A DNA stretch of 64,000 nucleotides from Dimorphilus gyrociliatus (taxonomy: Eukaryota > Animalia > Annelida): assembly GCA_904063045.1 (NCBI GenBank), contig CAJFCJ010000004.1, positions 184,195 through 248,194 of the forward strand. Reading direction: 5' to 3'. The first letter of the stretch is position 1. Every line of letters starts with the position of its first letter. The notes under the pieces were generated by a model. The model saw nothing but the letters and a program-made list of their open reading frames with translations. It did not search any database and was not told the DNA's origin. Of the stretch, positions 25,328 through 37,831 are shown one piece after another. A program made the position numbers and the translations under genes.

Positions 25328-26947
25328 ATGTCGAAATCTGATGATTGTGGCTCTCCTTCTGCATCTGCAGTAGATGGCCCTAGTGGTGCCGCAGCAGCGG
25401 GAATTATGCCTATGGATGTAGTTATTTCCTTTGATACTACTGGATCCATGTCTAGTTACTTGGCTGAAGTCAGGGCCAAAATGTCAGAAATCATTGAACG
25501 TCTATTCACTGACCTCCCAACTTTGAGAATCGGTGTCATCGCCCATGGTGACTACTGTGACAAAAGAACTTACATCACCAAGCATCACGAACTATCGAAT
25601 AATGTAGCTGATTTAGTGGATTTCGTCAACAAAGTTGGAACTACTGGTGGTGGTGATTGGGAAGAGTGCTATGAATTAGTCCTCCACGAAGCCAGAACAA
25701 AAGTTAATTGGGTTAAAGGGGAAGCCGACAGAGCTTTGATTATGATCGGAGACGCAATTCCCCATGAGCCAAATTATAGCTTGAACACAAAGAAACTAAA
25801 TTGGCGTAAAGAAACATTAAGTTTGTACGAGGACTTGGGCGTTAAGATTTATGGTATTCAATGTGGTACAAACCCCAAAGCAAAGCCATTTTATGAGAAA
25901 ATTGCAAAGGCTACAGGTGGAAAGCATTTAGATTTGAACAACTTGGGCTCAATTGTTGACATGTTGATGGCTATTTGCTATAGAGAAAGAGGAGCTGAAA
26001 TGTATGATGCTTTCGAACTTGAAGTTCGTGAAAGGGAAGGTGCCGCTCTTAAAGCTGATTTAGACAAAATGTTCAAAGATCTTCGTGATGATGATGTTGA
26101 AGCGGATGCTGCTGTAATGGGAGATGTAACCAGTGATGGAACTCCTACAAAGCCATCCATGTTTAGAAAGGCTTCTTCGTCAAAATTGGCAAAAACTGAT
26201 TGCTTAAAAAAGGTCAAACCAAAATCAGTAAGAAGAACTGTAAGAAAAGCTGGAGCTGCAAAAGTTGGTGCAGCTAAACCATCTGCTGCTAAACTTAGAT
26301 CAAAAAGGAAGTTAATTTTTGAATCGGATAGCCATTCCGATTCTGATTCTGAATCTAAATCAGAATCTGAAGATGAAGTAGTCGTCAAGAAAGCTAAGAA
26401 ATCTGATGATAAAAAAGCTGATAAGAAAGTTAAGAAATCCGAGGCTAAAAAAGACAAAAATGTTCGTCTAAATCGAGAGGATTTGAAAACAGATAAATTC
26501 TCAACAGAAGACGGACTAGCTTTTGGAAATTGGCGATTAGCTATGGCACCAAAACGAAGTGTTAAAAAATTTGCAAAGTACAGTTGGTCCCTTATTGGAA
26601 AAACGACTTTGGCTCGAAACCAACTTTGGACAAATTGCAAAGCCAGGGCTCTCTATGAAATTGCTATCCAACTTCCAAATAAGAGAAAGATGGGAGTTGC
26701 TTGTCTATGCTCCAAATGGACAAACCCAAAACTTTGGAAGAATAACTTGATAAAGAAAACAAGTGGATTTAATGAAAAAATAGCTGATGCAGTTCAAAAA
26801 GGCTACAAAATATTTATCAGGAGGGCACCTCTTCCTCTAACGACAAAATCGTTAAGATCTTCATCCAAAAGCGGACCTCAAATAATAGATGAATTGAATG
26901 GCAGATTTGATTACGCCTGGCACAAACCAACAAGAGATATCTATTAA
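25328..26947 (+). CDS. Intronless 539-aa protein: vWA domain, basic/acidic low-complexity linker, and a C-terminal ET-like (GIY-YIG-like) domain
   Basis: Uninterrupted ORF. vWA MIDAS-type motifs: DVVISFDTTGSM, GGGDWEECYE and LIMIGDAIPH. The C-terminal motifs are ALYEIAI, QKGYKIFIRRAPL and RFDYAWHK. AATAAA lies at about 27047. Confidence 0.85.
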   Translation: MSKSDDCGSPSASAVDGPSGAAAAGIMPMDVVISFDTTGSMSSYLAEVRAKMSEIIERLFTDLPTLRIGVIAHGDYCDKRTYITKHHELSNNVADLVDFVNKVGTTGGGDWEECYELVLHEARTKVNWVKGEADRALIMIGDAIPHEPNYSLNTKKLNWRKETLSLYEDLGVKIYGIQCGTNPKAKPFYEKIAKATGGKHLDLNNLGSIVDMLMAICYRERGAEMYDAFELEVREREGAALKADLDKMFKDLRDDDVEADAAVMGDVTSDGTPTKPSMFRKASSSKLAKTDCLKKVKPKSVRRTVRKAGAAKVGAAKPSAAKLRSKRKLIFESDSHSDSDSESKSESEDEVVVKKAKKSDDKKADKKVKKSEAKKDKNVRLNREDLKTDKFSTEDGLAFGNWRLAMAPKRSVKKFAKYSWSLIGKTTLARNQLWTNCKARALYEIAIQLPNKRKMGVACLCSKWTNPKLWKNNLIKKTSGFNEKIADAVQKGYKIFIRRAPLPLTTKSLRSSSKSGPQIIDELNGRFDYAWHKPTRDIY

Positions 26948-28087
26948 CTACAAACTAACTCAAAAGTCATATTTGTACAGTAAATATTTAAATTAAAAAG
27001 TTTGTCATGTGTGATATGTACTAGTGTATAGATAGTAGATTATTTCAATAAATATCGCTTAAAACAAAAAACAATAACTTGTCTTATTGACTAGAAAGTG
27101 AAAAAATTGTATAAATACCATTGAAAGTGTAGTAATGATATATTGAATTTATCCGATGATATTTGGAAGTTAACTAACTAAATGTAGATTATTTCTACTA
27201 GTAAAGTTGAACATTGATTTGTTTTATACAGTAAATCTTGTTTAATCATTTTAAAAGTGGGTAAAGGGGGGTTAATATGAACAGGTGTGCATTAATTAAA
27301 TGAAATTCCAACAAAATTATTCAATAAACTACAAGTCATTAATCCTTAATTAATACTTTACAGTATTGTAACAATTTATTGTTTATAGAAAGGTCATTCA
27401 GCTTTAATTACCAGTTTTCAATGTGAACTATATAGTCTTTTTTATATCTAAGCTATGAAAAAGTTTTCAGTTCTTTTAATAGTTTAGATAGTTAATTAAT
27501 TAATTAATTTGGAATAACTCGAACTGTGCTTTAAACTATTTTATTACGTTTGTAAACAATATTTCTTATAGATCAACTTTTCGTCAGATGAATTGCAATA
27601 ATTAAAGTAAGGGATAAAGAAAATTAGCTGAACTAAACGAAATCTGTATCACATAGTATGAAAATGGGTATTCAATTTTGTAAAGAAGGTGGATGAAGAG
27701 TGAAAGAATTATACTTTAAATAACCTTTGGTACATAGATATTTTTTTGGTAATAGTAGCGTACTATCTCTAAATGTTACTTTTAGTAAACCAAAATCGAA
27801 TACATTTATCGCGCAAATTTTGGAATCGATTTGATACGATTTCTGCTTTCGATTTACAGTCATCGTCAGATTCCGCTTCCGATAGTTGGTGATAGTCCAG
27901 TTAGTTTTTGCCAAATATCAAGGTTTGTTTTATGACTCAGTTCGCAAAAATTGTTTGAGACTTTCCGGAAATAACGTGGATATATTGCTATACGTTTATA
28001 TTAATTGCCATTGCATTTTACAATTTTATTAGTATCTTTTTATTTTCATTGGAGCAGACAAGTGATAGAATTACGTAATTGTTGAAG

Positions 28088-29008
28088 ATGAGCTTTCAAT
28101 GGACCGTTGTAGCAACGTTCTTGTACGTTGAAATAGCTACGGTGATCTTGTTGATGATACCAGGCATTTCGTCAGCTGCGTAAGTTGAATCATACTCATT
28201 TAAACAACTTGAAAAATTAATGAGTTTTAATTTTTAGATGGCAAAAGCTATTTCGATCGAGACTGTTTAAATTTGTCAAAAATTACGTGAATTTGTATTT
28301 TTACGTATTTGTCGCACTTTTAGCTTTGTTATTTGCTGGTATGTTAACAAAATTGCTTCGATTTCATCATATCTAAATATATCTCTATTCTTATAGATGG
28401 CGTAAGAGACGTTCGTAAATACAGAGGTGAAGAGGATGTGAAAGCAAGACCAGATGCAGAAATTCATCAGCATATGAAATTATTTCGCGCTCAGAGAAAT
28501 CTCTATATTGCTGGATTTGCTCTTTTCCTGTGTTTGTAAGTGGGAAAATGATAAACAAAACTCTTTGTAACTTGTAACAAATTAATTGATTATCTAGGGT
28601 AATTAGGCGAATCGTAAGCTTGATCTCTAATCAGGCTAATCTAGAAGCTAAATGTTCTGCTGCTCTCAAACAAGCTGAAAGTGCTTCGGCAACTGCTAAG
28701 CAATTTATGAAGACAGCAGAAAAAGGAGCTCATAAAAATGCCATTGACGAGACGATGCTGGAGGAGCTAGACGACGTGAAAAAAGAGTTAGCTAAGAAAA
28801 ACGAAGAATTACGAAAGATTAAAGTGGATTTTGACGCTTTAAAATCTCAGGCGGAGAACGCTAACATAGAATATGATAGAGTTTTGAGTGAACTCCAAAA
28901 TTCTCAAGTAAGTCAAGAAGGTACCATCAGTTGCTGCTAACTTTAATATAAACCTTTTTTCAATGACAGAACAAAGGAAGTGAAGGAGCCAGCAAGAAAG
29001 ATGATTAA
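28088..29008 (+). CDS. BCAP31: B-cell receptor-associated protein 31 (BAP31); spliced
   Basis: MSFQWTVVATFLYVEIATVILLMIP, MKLFRAQRNLYIAGFALFL, a coiled coil, and the C-terminal ER-retrieval signal KKDD*. Confidence 0.95.
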
Positions 29009-30059
29009 ATAACAAAATCCAATACTATATTTAATTACTGTCAATTCTATCTTTTAAATGGTTTGGATATATTTTTTGGCATCTCTCGAAATACTGTGTG
29101 ATTAAATAATTCATTAAATTAAAACACTATATGCTATTGTACTATGTCTGCATATTTCATAGGAGAGTAAAATTAATGTTCAATCCACTAGTTTAATGAA
29201 ATATTGTCAGTTTTACTCAAAAATCTTAATATTATTTAATATTATAAATGATGGCTAAAATTTACAGAAAAAAAGAGGAACAGGCTTCAATTAATAAAAA
29301 TTTTTCACTTTGATTTTAAAAGAGATATTTAGAAATATTTTTATAATTTCTTGAATAAAATCTTTCTGAAGATAATTCAATTTTTTATTTATTATCTTTC
29401 GAACTGATAAAATTTGTTTTGAATTTTTTGTTGAACTTGAAAGAAAAAAAAAGCAGGTAGTCCATGTTTCTTTTCTATCTTGTTTATTACAGTAAATAAA
29501 AATTTAAATTACATTTATTCAAGAGATTAATTTGATTAAAATATGCAAATTCTTATCTAAATATGCGTATTCCTGATAATTTATATTTCATTTTGTCGTT
29601 TCAAGCCTATAATAATTGTATTAATTAATCATAAAGTCACTGATTGCTTTCTAAGCTACAGTAATTCCCTGAATCACCGTAAGGAGAAAAATATTTACTA
29701 ACAAAACTTAAAAAAATATAGATAACATTCAATGTCAAGGTAATTGTTTTAAAATTAATTCAGAAAGAGGTCGATAAGCCAGAAATACGTAGATACATAA
29801 ATACTGAATTTTTAGGATATCACTGAAATTTATTTATGGCAAAAGAAACGTTTCAGTTTCGTCTAAAAAAAAGAGGCTTAATTTTTAAATAACTAATTCA
29901 GACTTAAACTTTTTTTTTTAAAAAAAAAGAAATGTAAAGTAAATAAATTGAATTGGCGGGAAAGTTAAAAAAACGAAGGCATATTAAAATGAAAATTAAT
30001 ACAATAGCTTCGTTATTCTTTATAATTTTTCTCCCTATTCTCCTTTTTCCCAAAGGCTA

Positions 30060-32541
30060 TCACAGATCATCGTCTCCTATATCCTCAAAGGCTGTGTTAG
30101 TTTGCAACTTTTCATTATAAGATCTACTCTTTGAAAGTGGTGCCGTTTCCTATATCAGTAAAATTTTCGTTAGAGATCCTTCAATTCTTTATTTACAATA
30201 CAAACCGAAATACTATTTTGAATATCAGAATTGGAATAGGATGTTTCAAGTGGTGATTTTGTGGGTGAAGAAACCTATAAATATTAAATTAATACCAATT
30301 AAATAGGCCACTTCGAATAGAAGATGTTATTAGCCTATTAATATAACAATATTATTTACTATTACAAATCGCATTGATAAGAAACAAATTATATTTTATC
30401 AGTAGGAAAATACTATACTTACAGTTTTTGCTATGTAAGCTTGTTTTTTCTTTTCTGTTGTCTAAAATATAAAAAAGAGGGAGGGAAAAGGGGGAAAACC
30501 AATTAGTTAATGTCTTCGAATGAAAAAGAAAATTTTCATTTACTTTTTTAACTCTTTCTCCTTCTCTTTTAAGTAAAAGTTCATCAACCATAGACTGCAG
30601 AAGCATACTCATTAAAATTGCTTGATTTGAAGTGACTGTTATCCATTGTAAAGTATTTTTTGCAATCAGATATTCGAAAGCCAATTCGGTTTGCAGTTTT
30701 TCATCTTCTTCGTCAGTATCTTTATTTAAAACCTTAAATGATTGAAAGGAAAGAGCATGATAAGAGTATGTAATACATTCTTTTAGTTTTTATGTTACTT
30801 ACGGCTGTAGTTATCCTCCAACATCGTATTCTGGTAATTTTGAAAACTCCTCCTTTGAACGTATTCTATAGGAATTTTATTACGTTAATTAAAAATTGAA
30901 ATATTTGAATAATTGTTCATTTACAGGTGCAATTTCGATTCTGAAAATCATTTCTTTATTCCCAGCCGCAATTATAACATTACAATTATCATGAGGATAA
31001 TTTGTGACACAAGGTTCGAATTTTATATAACCATAAAACTTCAAAGTCTTAATTAATCTCAAATACTGAAAAGTGAAAGGATTTATATGATGTTGTATGG
31101 ATTAAGAATGTATTCTCTCTTTTTTTTACCAACTTCTTTTTTACTATTTTTTTGTTGCAGCGTTTTAAGCTGAGCGATTTGGTCCGCTGATCCTTCAATC
31201 CAACCTTGTTTCAAGTCACTGACAGCCTTTAATAAATATTAATAAAAATTATTCAGATGAGGCTTAAAAATGTTTAAATTGTACCTGACAAAAAAGTAAA
31301 TTAAGACAAATCCTATCTTCCATTAAAGCATCTTCATAGCTTGCATCCCAGAAGCTAAACGTGAAAAGAATAGTAAACATATTTGATCTAGAATAATAAC
31401 TGCTAAGCAAACAACCTTTTACGAAAGATAATTCTGTGGGAGTATTTTTCAGAGGCATTTCTTAGTGAAATATAAGGAGATTCAAATTCTTGTAACGGCC
31501 TTACAACTGTTGAAAAGATATTCAATTGAAATTAATAAACTTAATGCAATTTTAGATAGTATTAATAATTCAAAGAAACAAAAATTACTTACGAATTTGT
31601 CTATCATCCACTAACTTTACTAAAAACAATCCAAAATAAGCCATATACTCTTCCGCTAATCCGATTTCGTTTGCCGCCGCCTATAAGAGATTAAGACTCG
31701 AGAAATTCAAGTAACTGTTAAAATTCTATCTTAAATACTTACACTCATCACTTGTTCCGTTTGGGCCATGTTACTACATTCTATTGTTACTTTTTGGCCA
31801 TTTACCAAATAAATATCAATGTTTATATTGCAACTTTCTTCTTGTAAATTACCCTATTATTAGTTTTTCAGTTAAAATAAATATCAGGAAATTAGACTCA
31901 ATTAAGTAATTAAAGAAAGAACAACCTGTTGAGCTTGAATCATAAAATTGCTGAATATGCTAGAATTTAGAACTTCTGTTGTCTGGCTGACTGTTAAGAA
32001 ATGTTATATTAAATAATTATTTTCTTTGTAAACTAAGCGACAAGTAGAATTTCGATAAGAATCTCTCTACGTAAAATAATACTTGTTGCCTACTTGTAGA
32101 TATTTTAGTTCTCTAACCTCCTTGAATGTAACTCTCTAAGCCCATTCTTCTTGATTCGACCTGAGTTTTACTAAGGGCTAATAATCTCTTTGGTGGAAAA
32201 GATGGAAGTTGCCCTGACCCAAATTCCTTTTTTAACTACGTAAACATTTGTAAAACAAATAATCAAATAGAAGAATCATGCAGGAGAATGTGACTTACGT
32301 GTTCATGAAGTAAATGTAATTGCCTATATCTAACTGTACAATGGTGAGCACCGTTAACGTTAATTCTATAGACCTGTAAAGAGAGGGAGAAAAGTATGAG
32401 ATGAAACGCCTACCGATATTAAAGATTTGTGCGAAATAAATATATATAACAAAAAAAATAGAAAATACATAAATGTCTAACTGTATAAGGTACTCCTTTT
32501 TCATCCACTTTTTCTTCTGTATCAGGAATGGAGAAATGCAT
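30060..32541 (-). CDS. SNX17: Sorting nexin-17 (PX plus FERM-like); spliced
   Basis: MHFSIPDTEE, LPSFPPKRLL, AFEYLIAKNTLQWITVTSNQAILMSMLLQSMVDELL, and the C-terminus AFEDIGDDDL* (the SNX17 Retriever-binding tail type). Confidence 0.93.
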
Positions 32542-33108
32542 CCTTGATCAGAGATTTAACCTCTATGATGGCTCGCTCTGTAAAGTTTATGCTATTGGAA
32601 AATTTTTCGGGAATTACTAAAGTCTGTTACGAAGTATTGGTTAGAAACGATCAGTCACATGATGTTACTAAAGGCTTCTTTGTTTGATGTATTCACAAAT
32701 AAAACAATAGAATTGTACAATTTGTAACTTTTTTAATAATCTTTCGCAATTTCAATAGGTAAAGAATAACTTTCTTAGTTTTAATTCTTTTTCGTAGAGT
32801 AAAAACTCTAGGAGAGCAAAAATTAAATTTATTTAATGAGTCCAAATATGACTCATATAAAACTATTGAACGAAAATATCAAACTAATTAAAATACTTTA
32901 GAAAGAAATTTAGGTATACCCATAGCCATAGGCTAAAAGTTTTCTACCACAGACCAGGCTAATACATCCGGGTGAGTGGAGCTGTAAAGTTTTCTTCGTT
33001 TATTTAAGAAAGTTGTAAATTCGTGGTAAGTCTATTTGTAATTATTCGAAAAATAATGAATACAATCGGGAATTACAGATACATTGCTTTTCCCCAACAA
33101 TCATCTTT

Positions 33109-35581
33109 ATGGCGGGCGTAATTTTGGAAACAATAAGTAATAAAAAACTAATTGGCTTCGGTCTATTCTTATTGGTTTGTCAAATAGCCGGATTTCTACT
33201 CGGTGGATTAATAGGTAAGAACCCATTGCACTAAGAATTCAATTTAGAAGCAATAAAATCTGTACGAGGTAGCACTGTGCAAATAGGCCTACATGTTTTG
33301 TTTAATATTGCAGAGGCGAAGCCATCTCACGTAGTTTCTATATTGGGTACACCGTGTTGGAAGAATCCATACAGCAATGAAATAGTTTATACGAGACAAT
33401 TGAAGTACAATTCAAGTACTGGAGAGAAATGTCATGTTGTAAGGATAATCTGTTATCAATAACTATAGATGGCGCTGTTGTACCTGTAACAAGCTAATTT
33501 GTATTTATCTAGCATATGGGAAACATGCACTGCTTTCCTTTAAAGAAAGTTACCTTAATAGTATTTTTGTACAACTATCTTTCCCTAAGACTACGTAGAG
33601 CCAGTTATACGCCAATATTATCCCTTAGTTTACTCCTTCATTGTCAAAGTGTTCTTTCTATTATTAGCCTACCGACCATGCAGAAGATTTTCCTCAACAT
33701 ATAGTCTTTGTCTTCCAAATGCCCTTACCAAGAGATAGTATTGATCTAAAAATGTCTCGATGGTTTCAATATATGGTTGGCGTGATTCACATTGATTGGA
33801 AACCTACTACTGGAAAACAAGCATCACTTTCAAATTCAGAATTGGCGTTGAATGTTAAATTAGGCTACAGAGATGAAAGAACAAATTGGACAGTTATGGC
33901 TCAATCAACAGAAAAACGATCATTAGATTGCGTTAAAGTATAGTATATTGTCATTTAATAACAAAATAATAATTCAAGCTTGTCTTGCGTTTTACATATT
34001 CTTAGGAAAAGGATTATTATGAATGCGATATCATTCCTCTATACGAAATTGGAAGTGTTCATCACGATTTCTATCTCTTGAATTTAATGTACAATACAAC
34101 AAAAGTTCGAGATCTACAAATAGACAGTATATACTTGCACGTAATTCTACAAACGGGAGGTTTTACCAGAGTTTGGCTATCTTTGAAAACTGTCACATTT
34201 CCATTGATTATTGGTCTTGTAATATTTTTTTGGAATCGTATAAGAAAGTTATCTAGATCTGCTAATTTATTGGAAAAGTAAGAAACATTTTATTATTAAT
34301 AGAAAGAGTCTATATTAAAATCCACCCTTTACTTTTAGAATCATATTTGGAATGGGACTAACATTGGCATTTCTTGACTGTAAGTTTTATATAATTAATA
34401 AGAAAATTACAATTATAACATACTATATGTAAATATCTCTATTTGTCTTTTAGGTCCAATTGAATGGTTAACTCTAGGAATGAAAATTCCATTTATGTTA
34501 TTGTTGAACGATATTCGTCAAGGTATTTTCTATTGCGCATTGCTAAGCTTTTGGATTGTTTTTTGTGGAGAGCATATGATGGATAAAGTCATCAGAAATC
34601 GGTATTTTAATTAATTAAATTTTAAATATTATTTCTAGTATAAAAATCAAACAACAACTAAATTAAATCTTGTTTAGAGTTTCTGTCTATTGGAAAGAAC
34701 TTACGGCTGTTGGTATTGGATCCCTATGTCTTTTTATCTTTGAAATTTGCGAGAGGTTCTTATAACTTTAAATAATTACCGAATTTTATGAATTATTTAT
34801 CTATTACAGAGGAGTTCAATTAACCAATCCATTCTTTACTATCTGGGCTGATAACATTGGAAAGAGAGTTGCTGTGGGTTTTTAAAATATTTTCTGGTTT
34901 TTGCGTAATAAACTAAAAGTTTCTTTCTTTTCCCTTTTCTTTATATTTTAGTTAGCTTTTATAATTTTAGCCGGGATTTCAGCCTGTATTTATTTCTTCC
35001 TTCTCATGTTTGTTGTATTCAAAGCTGTAAGGAATATCAATGCAAAGAAGAGTGCTTTACCCGGAATGAATAAGAAGAGGAGAAGCTATTTTAAAGGGCT
35101 TATCTACAGATTTAATTTTCTTATTCTTTCAACTCTAGTATTTGCTGCTATGACAATTATCTTCTTCATTATCAGCCAGGTTTAATTTATTGATGATGGA
35201 AGGTTATTCACATTAACTGGTTCTGATTTGTTTCAGGTTAAAGAAGGTAATTGGAAGTGGGGTACTGGCTCCTGGCATGCCTCTGAAGATGATGATAGTG
35301 AAAATCTTGACTTGGACGAAACTCAACCTCTTGAATATACGAGCGCTTTCTTTACGGGAGTATTTTGTATGTGGAACATATACGCGGGATCTTTACTATT
35401 TTTATACGCTCCATCAAAGAAAAATCCAAATTTACCCGAAGATGAACAATCAGACGAAAGAGGAGAAGAGATAGAATTTAGCCAAATAAATTCTGAGGCT
35501 GTAGCATTAGCTCCTCGAAGCCGAGAGAATGATGGACAAAATTCATTTTTAAGCACACTTCAAAAATCAGCAATGGATTAA
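33109..35581 (+). CDS. WLS: Wntless (Evi / GPR177 / MIG-14), Wnt cargo receptor; spliced
   Basis: MAGVILETISNKKL, FQMPLPR..LKMSRWFQYM, GGFTRVWLSLKT, LNDIRQGIFY, and SAFFTGVFCMWNIY..LLFLYAPS. Confidence 0.96.
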
Positions 35582-35995
35582 AAGAAAGGAAACATCTTTG
35601 AGAATCTCAGTTCTTTAAGTTTTATACATTTGTTTTTTTGGTTAGTTTTTACCCTTTTTGCCGTGTTTATAATGAGCATTCTTTTTTTATGGTAGTTATT
35701 TCTTTAAAAACAAACGTGAATACTTAATATTTCTTAGTGATTTTTTTTAATATTATAACGTTTTATCACTTTTTGCATTGAATTTTTCTACGTGACAAAC
35801 CATGAGAACATTTCAAAGAGTTTATATAAAATTAGATATAGAACTTTTTTCAACACTACTTTTATTCAAAAAAAATACACTGCCTAAATTAAATAATACA
35901 TAAAAAAACAACTCATTTCTCTTAGAGACAAACAATAACAACTATAGTAAAGCAACAAATTAACTTCATTGAATTAGCTATTTAAATTATTCTTA

Positions 35996-36737
35996 TCATT
36001 TCTTTTCTTTACTTACTTTATTCGTTTTTCTATCGTTTGCAGAATCTTTTTTAGGGTCTTTGTCAGATTTTTTATGGGCTTTGTCCCACATTGCATTTCT
36101 TATGAGTCTCTTAGCTGCGCCTGTATTGACTTTAGCACGAGATAGCTTCTCTTCGATATCTTTAACTCTATTCATTGTCTTTTTTATTCTATTCTGTAAA
36201 GAAAGAGAACAGTAGACTTTTGTAAACTTTTCTTAATCAATTTCAAGAGGTTTACCAGTTCTTGCCCTATTTCGTGTTCCTTTGGATCAATTCCCTTGGT
36301 AATGAGATAAACTGTAACGAGAACCAGATGATAGTCTAATGATTACTTTCATAAACTGTAGACTTACCACGAAACAAGGCATTCATTGAATATATACCAG
36401 CCAGGTCTAATTTTGCCTTATCTAGTGCTGACAACTGAAAATGTTTATTTAAATGAATATACTGGTCATAACTAAGGCTAATTAAACCGATTTAGTTTTC
36501 GTTACGTAAAAGTAACATTAACACTAGGATTACGTCAACAATTGTTTACATTATTTTGATAAGGATTAATTTTGTTTGATATAATGAATACTTTTTAAAA
36601 GAACATGCCTCATCGTAAACTTTGTGAGTTTTGGCCTGCATTTCTTCAATGACGGTAGCTACATTTGTCAAGTTGTCGTGAAACTCTTGGGTTTTGCTGA
36701 TAACATCTTCTGGTAAGGTATCTTCTTGCCTTTCCAT
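35996..36737 (-). CDS. C1D: Nuclear nucleic acid-binding protein C1D (Rrp47, exosome cofactor); spliced
   Basis: LSALDKAKLDLAGIYSMNALF, YLITKGIDPKEHEIGQEL, RVKDIEEKLSRAKVNTGAAKRLIRNAMWD, and a Lys-rich tail. Confidence 0.9.
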
Positions 36738-36939
36738 TTTATGAATTTATCAATCCACGTTTTCTGAATCTCAGCGTTTATGTCCTATTAAGGACTATGT
36801 TATTACTTAGAATGTATTTCATCAAGGGTCTTGCTAAATTCCTGATTTCCGGTAAAGCATCGCGTCGCAATACAAATTTACCAATTAGCGCGTACCGCCT
36901 ATACTTCAATACTGTTCGCTTTTACTACATCGTGTAAAT

Positions 36940-37521
36940 ATGGATGAGCCAATCCCGAAAATATCGAAAAAAGGTTTCTCAGAACAAGATTTAGAAAGAC
37001 TGTTTGCTCATCGCTTTACTGACATGGATGAAGAGTATATTAAAAACCTAGCTGCAGAGGATGAGACTCCTCCTTGCGTTCAGGGTTGGACTACGAAACC
37101 GAAGCGATCATTCGATTACATGAGGTACAGATATAAAACTCGTGTTAAATGTCGTTTTCTAATTTAGCTATTGAACTATAGGAGAGGTGGACGAGATGGT
37201 AACCGGGTCTACCACACTGGAAGAAGATATAGCGGAGATGACCGAAGAGACTATCACGGAGGTGAACGACGAGATGAAAGAAGAGACTATCACGGAGGTG
37301 AACGACGAGATGAAAGAAGAGACTATCACGGAGGTGAACGACGAGATGAAAGAAGAGACTATCACGGAGGTGAACGACGAGATGAAAGAAGAGACTATCA
37401 CGGAGGTGAACGACGAGATGACCGAAGAGACTATACGCGAAAAAGAGACTATAACCAAGGGAATCGTGATCGAAGTAGAAGTTATGATAGAAAGCGTTCA
37501 CGACAGCATTCTCCCAAGTAA
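36940..37521 (+). CDS. RAMAC: RNMT-activating mini protein (RAM / FAM103A1) with an expanded Arg/Asp/Tyr/Gly tail; one intron (about 37126-37180)
   Basis: LERLFAHRFTDMDEEYIKNL....TPPCVQGW matches the RAM activation domain ([20 protein letters not shown]....SPPIVEEW). Confidence 0.85.
37249..37434 (+). repeat. Coding minisatellite: 36-bp unit x5 (DYHGGERRDERR)
   Basis: The unit GACTATCACGGAGGTGAACGACGAGATGAAAGAAGA starts at 37249 and recurs every 36 nt. The fifth unit has ACC for AAA, and a partial GACTAT follows at 37429. Confidence 0.97.
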
Positions 37522-37831
37522 TACTCAAAGTTATCCTTCAAACATGTCCAAAAAAACTTTTTTACTGATGAAATTGTTATCACTATATCGAAATAGAATT
37601 TTTATCGTACCAAGAGAGTTCATCATTTCAGTTTATTGATGAGAAACATATTTTTAAAGAGGATAGTCAGGATGAAATATAAGGAAAAATTGATAAATAT
37701 CACATTAATAAAAACTTATGAGAAAATACTGCTAAATTGTATTAATGTTGCTGGAAAACTAAAATATTGAACATTTTTTGTAAAAAAAAAGTTATTATAG
37801 AATTCACTTGTCTACTAAATGTAAAGCACTG

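Noticed and set aside
25978-26750. Antisense 220-aa ORF (25978-26640) and alternative-frame ORF (26559-26750) inside the vWA gene
   Set aside because: These are shadows of codon bias and the low-complexity linker, with no recognisable domain.
27672-27914. 80-aa minus-strand ORF between the vWA gene and BCAP31
   Set aside because: No homology that I recognise and no supporting splice structure; probably promoter or UTR sequence.
37145-37639. Three extra ORFs over the RAMAC repeat (37145-37528 minus, 37168-37458 minus, 37187-37639 plus)
   Set aside because: The 36-bp repeat has no stops in several frames. Only the Arg/Asp-rich frame joins the RAM domain by splicing.
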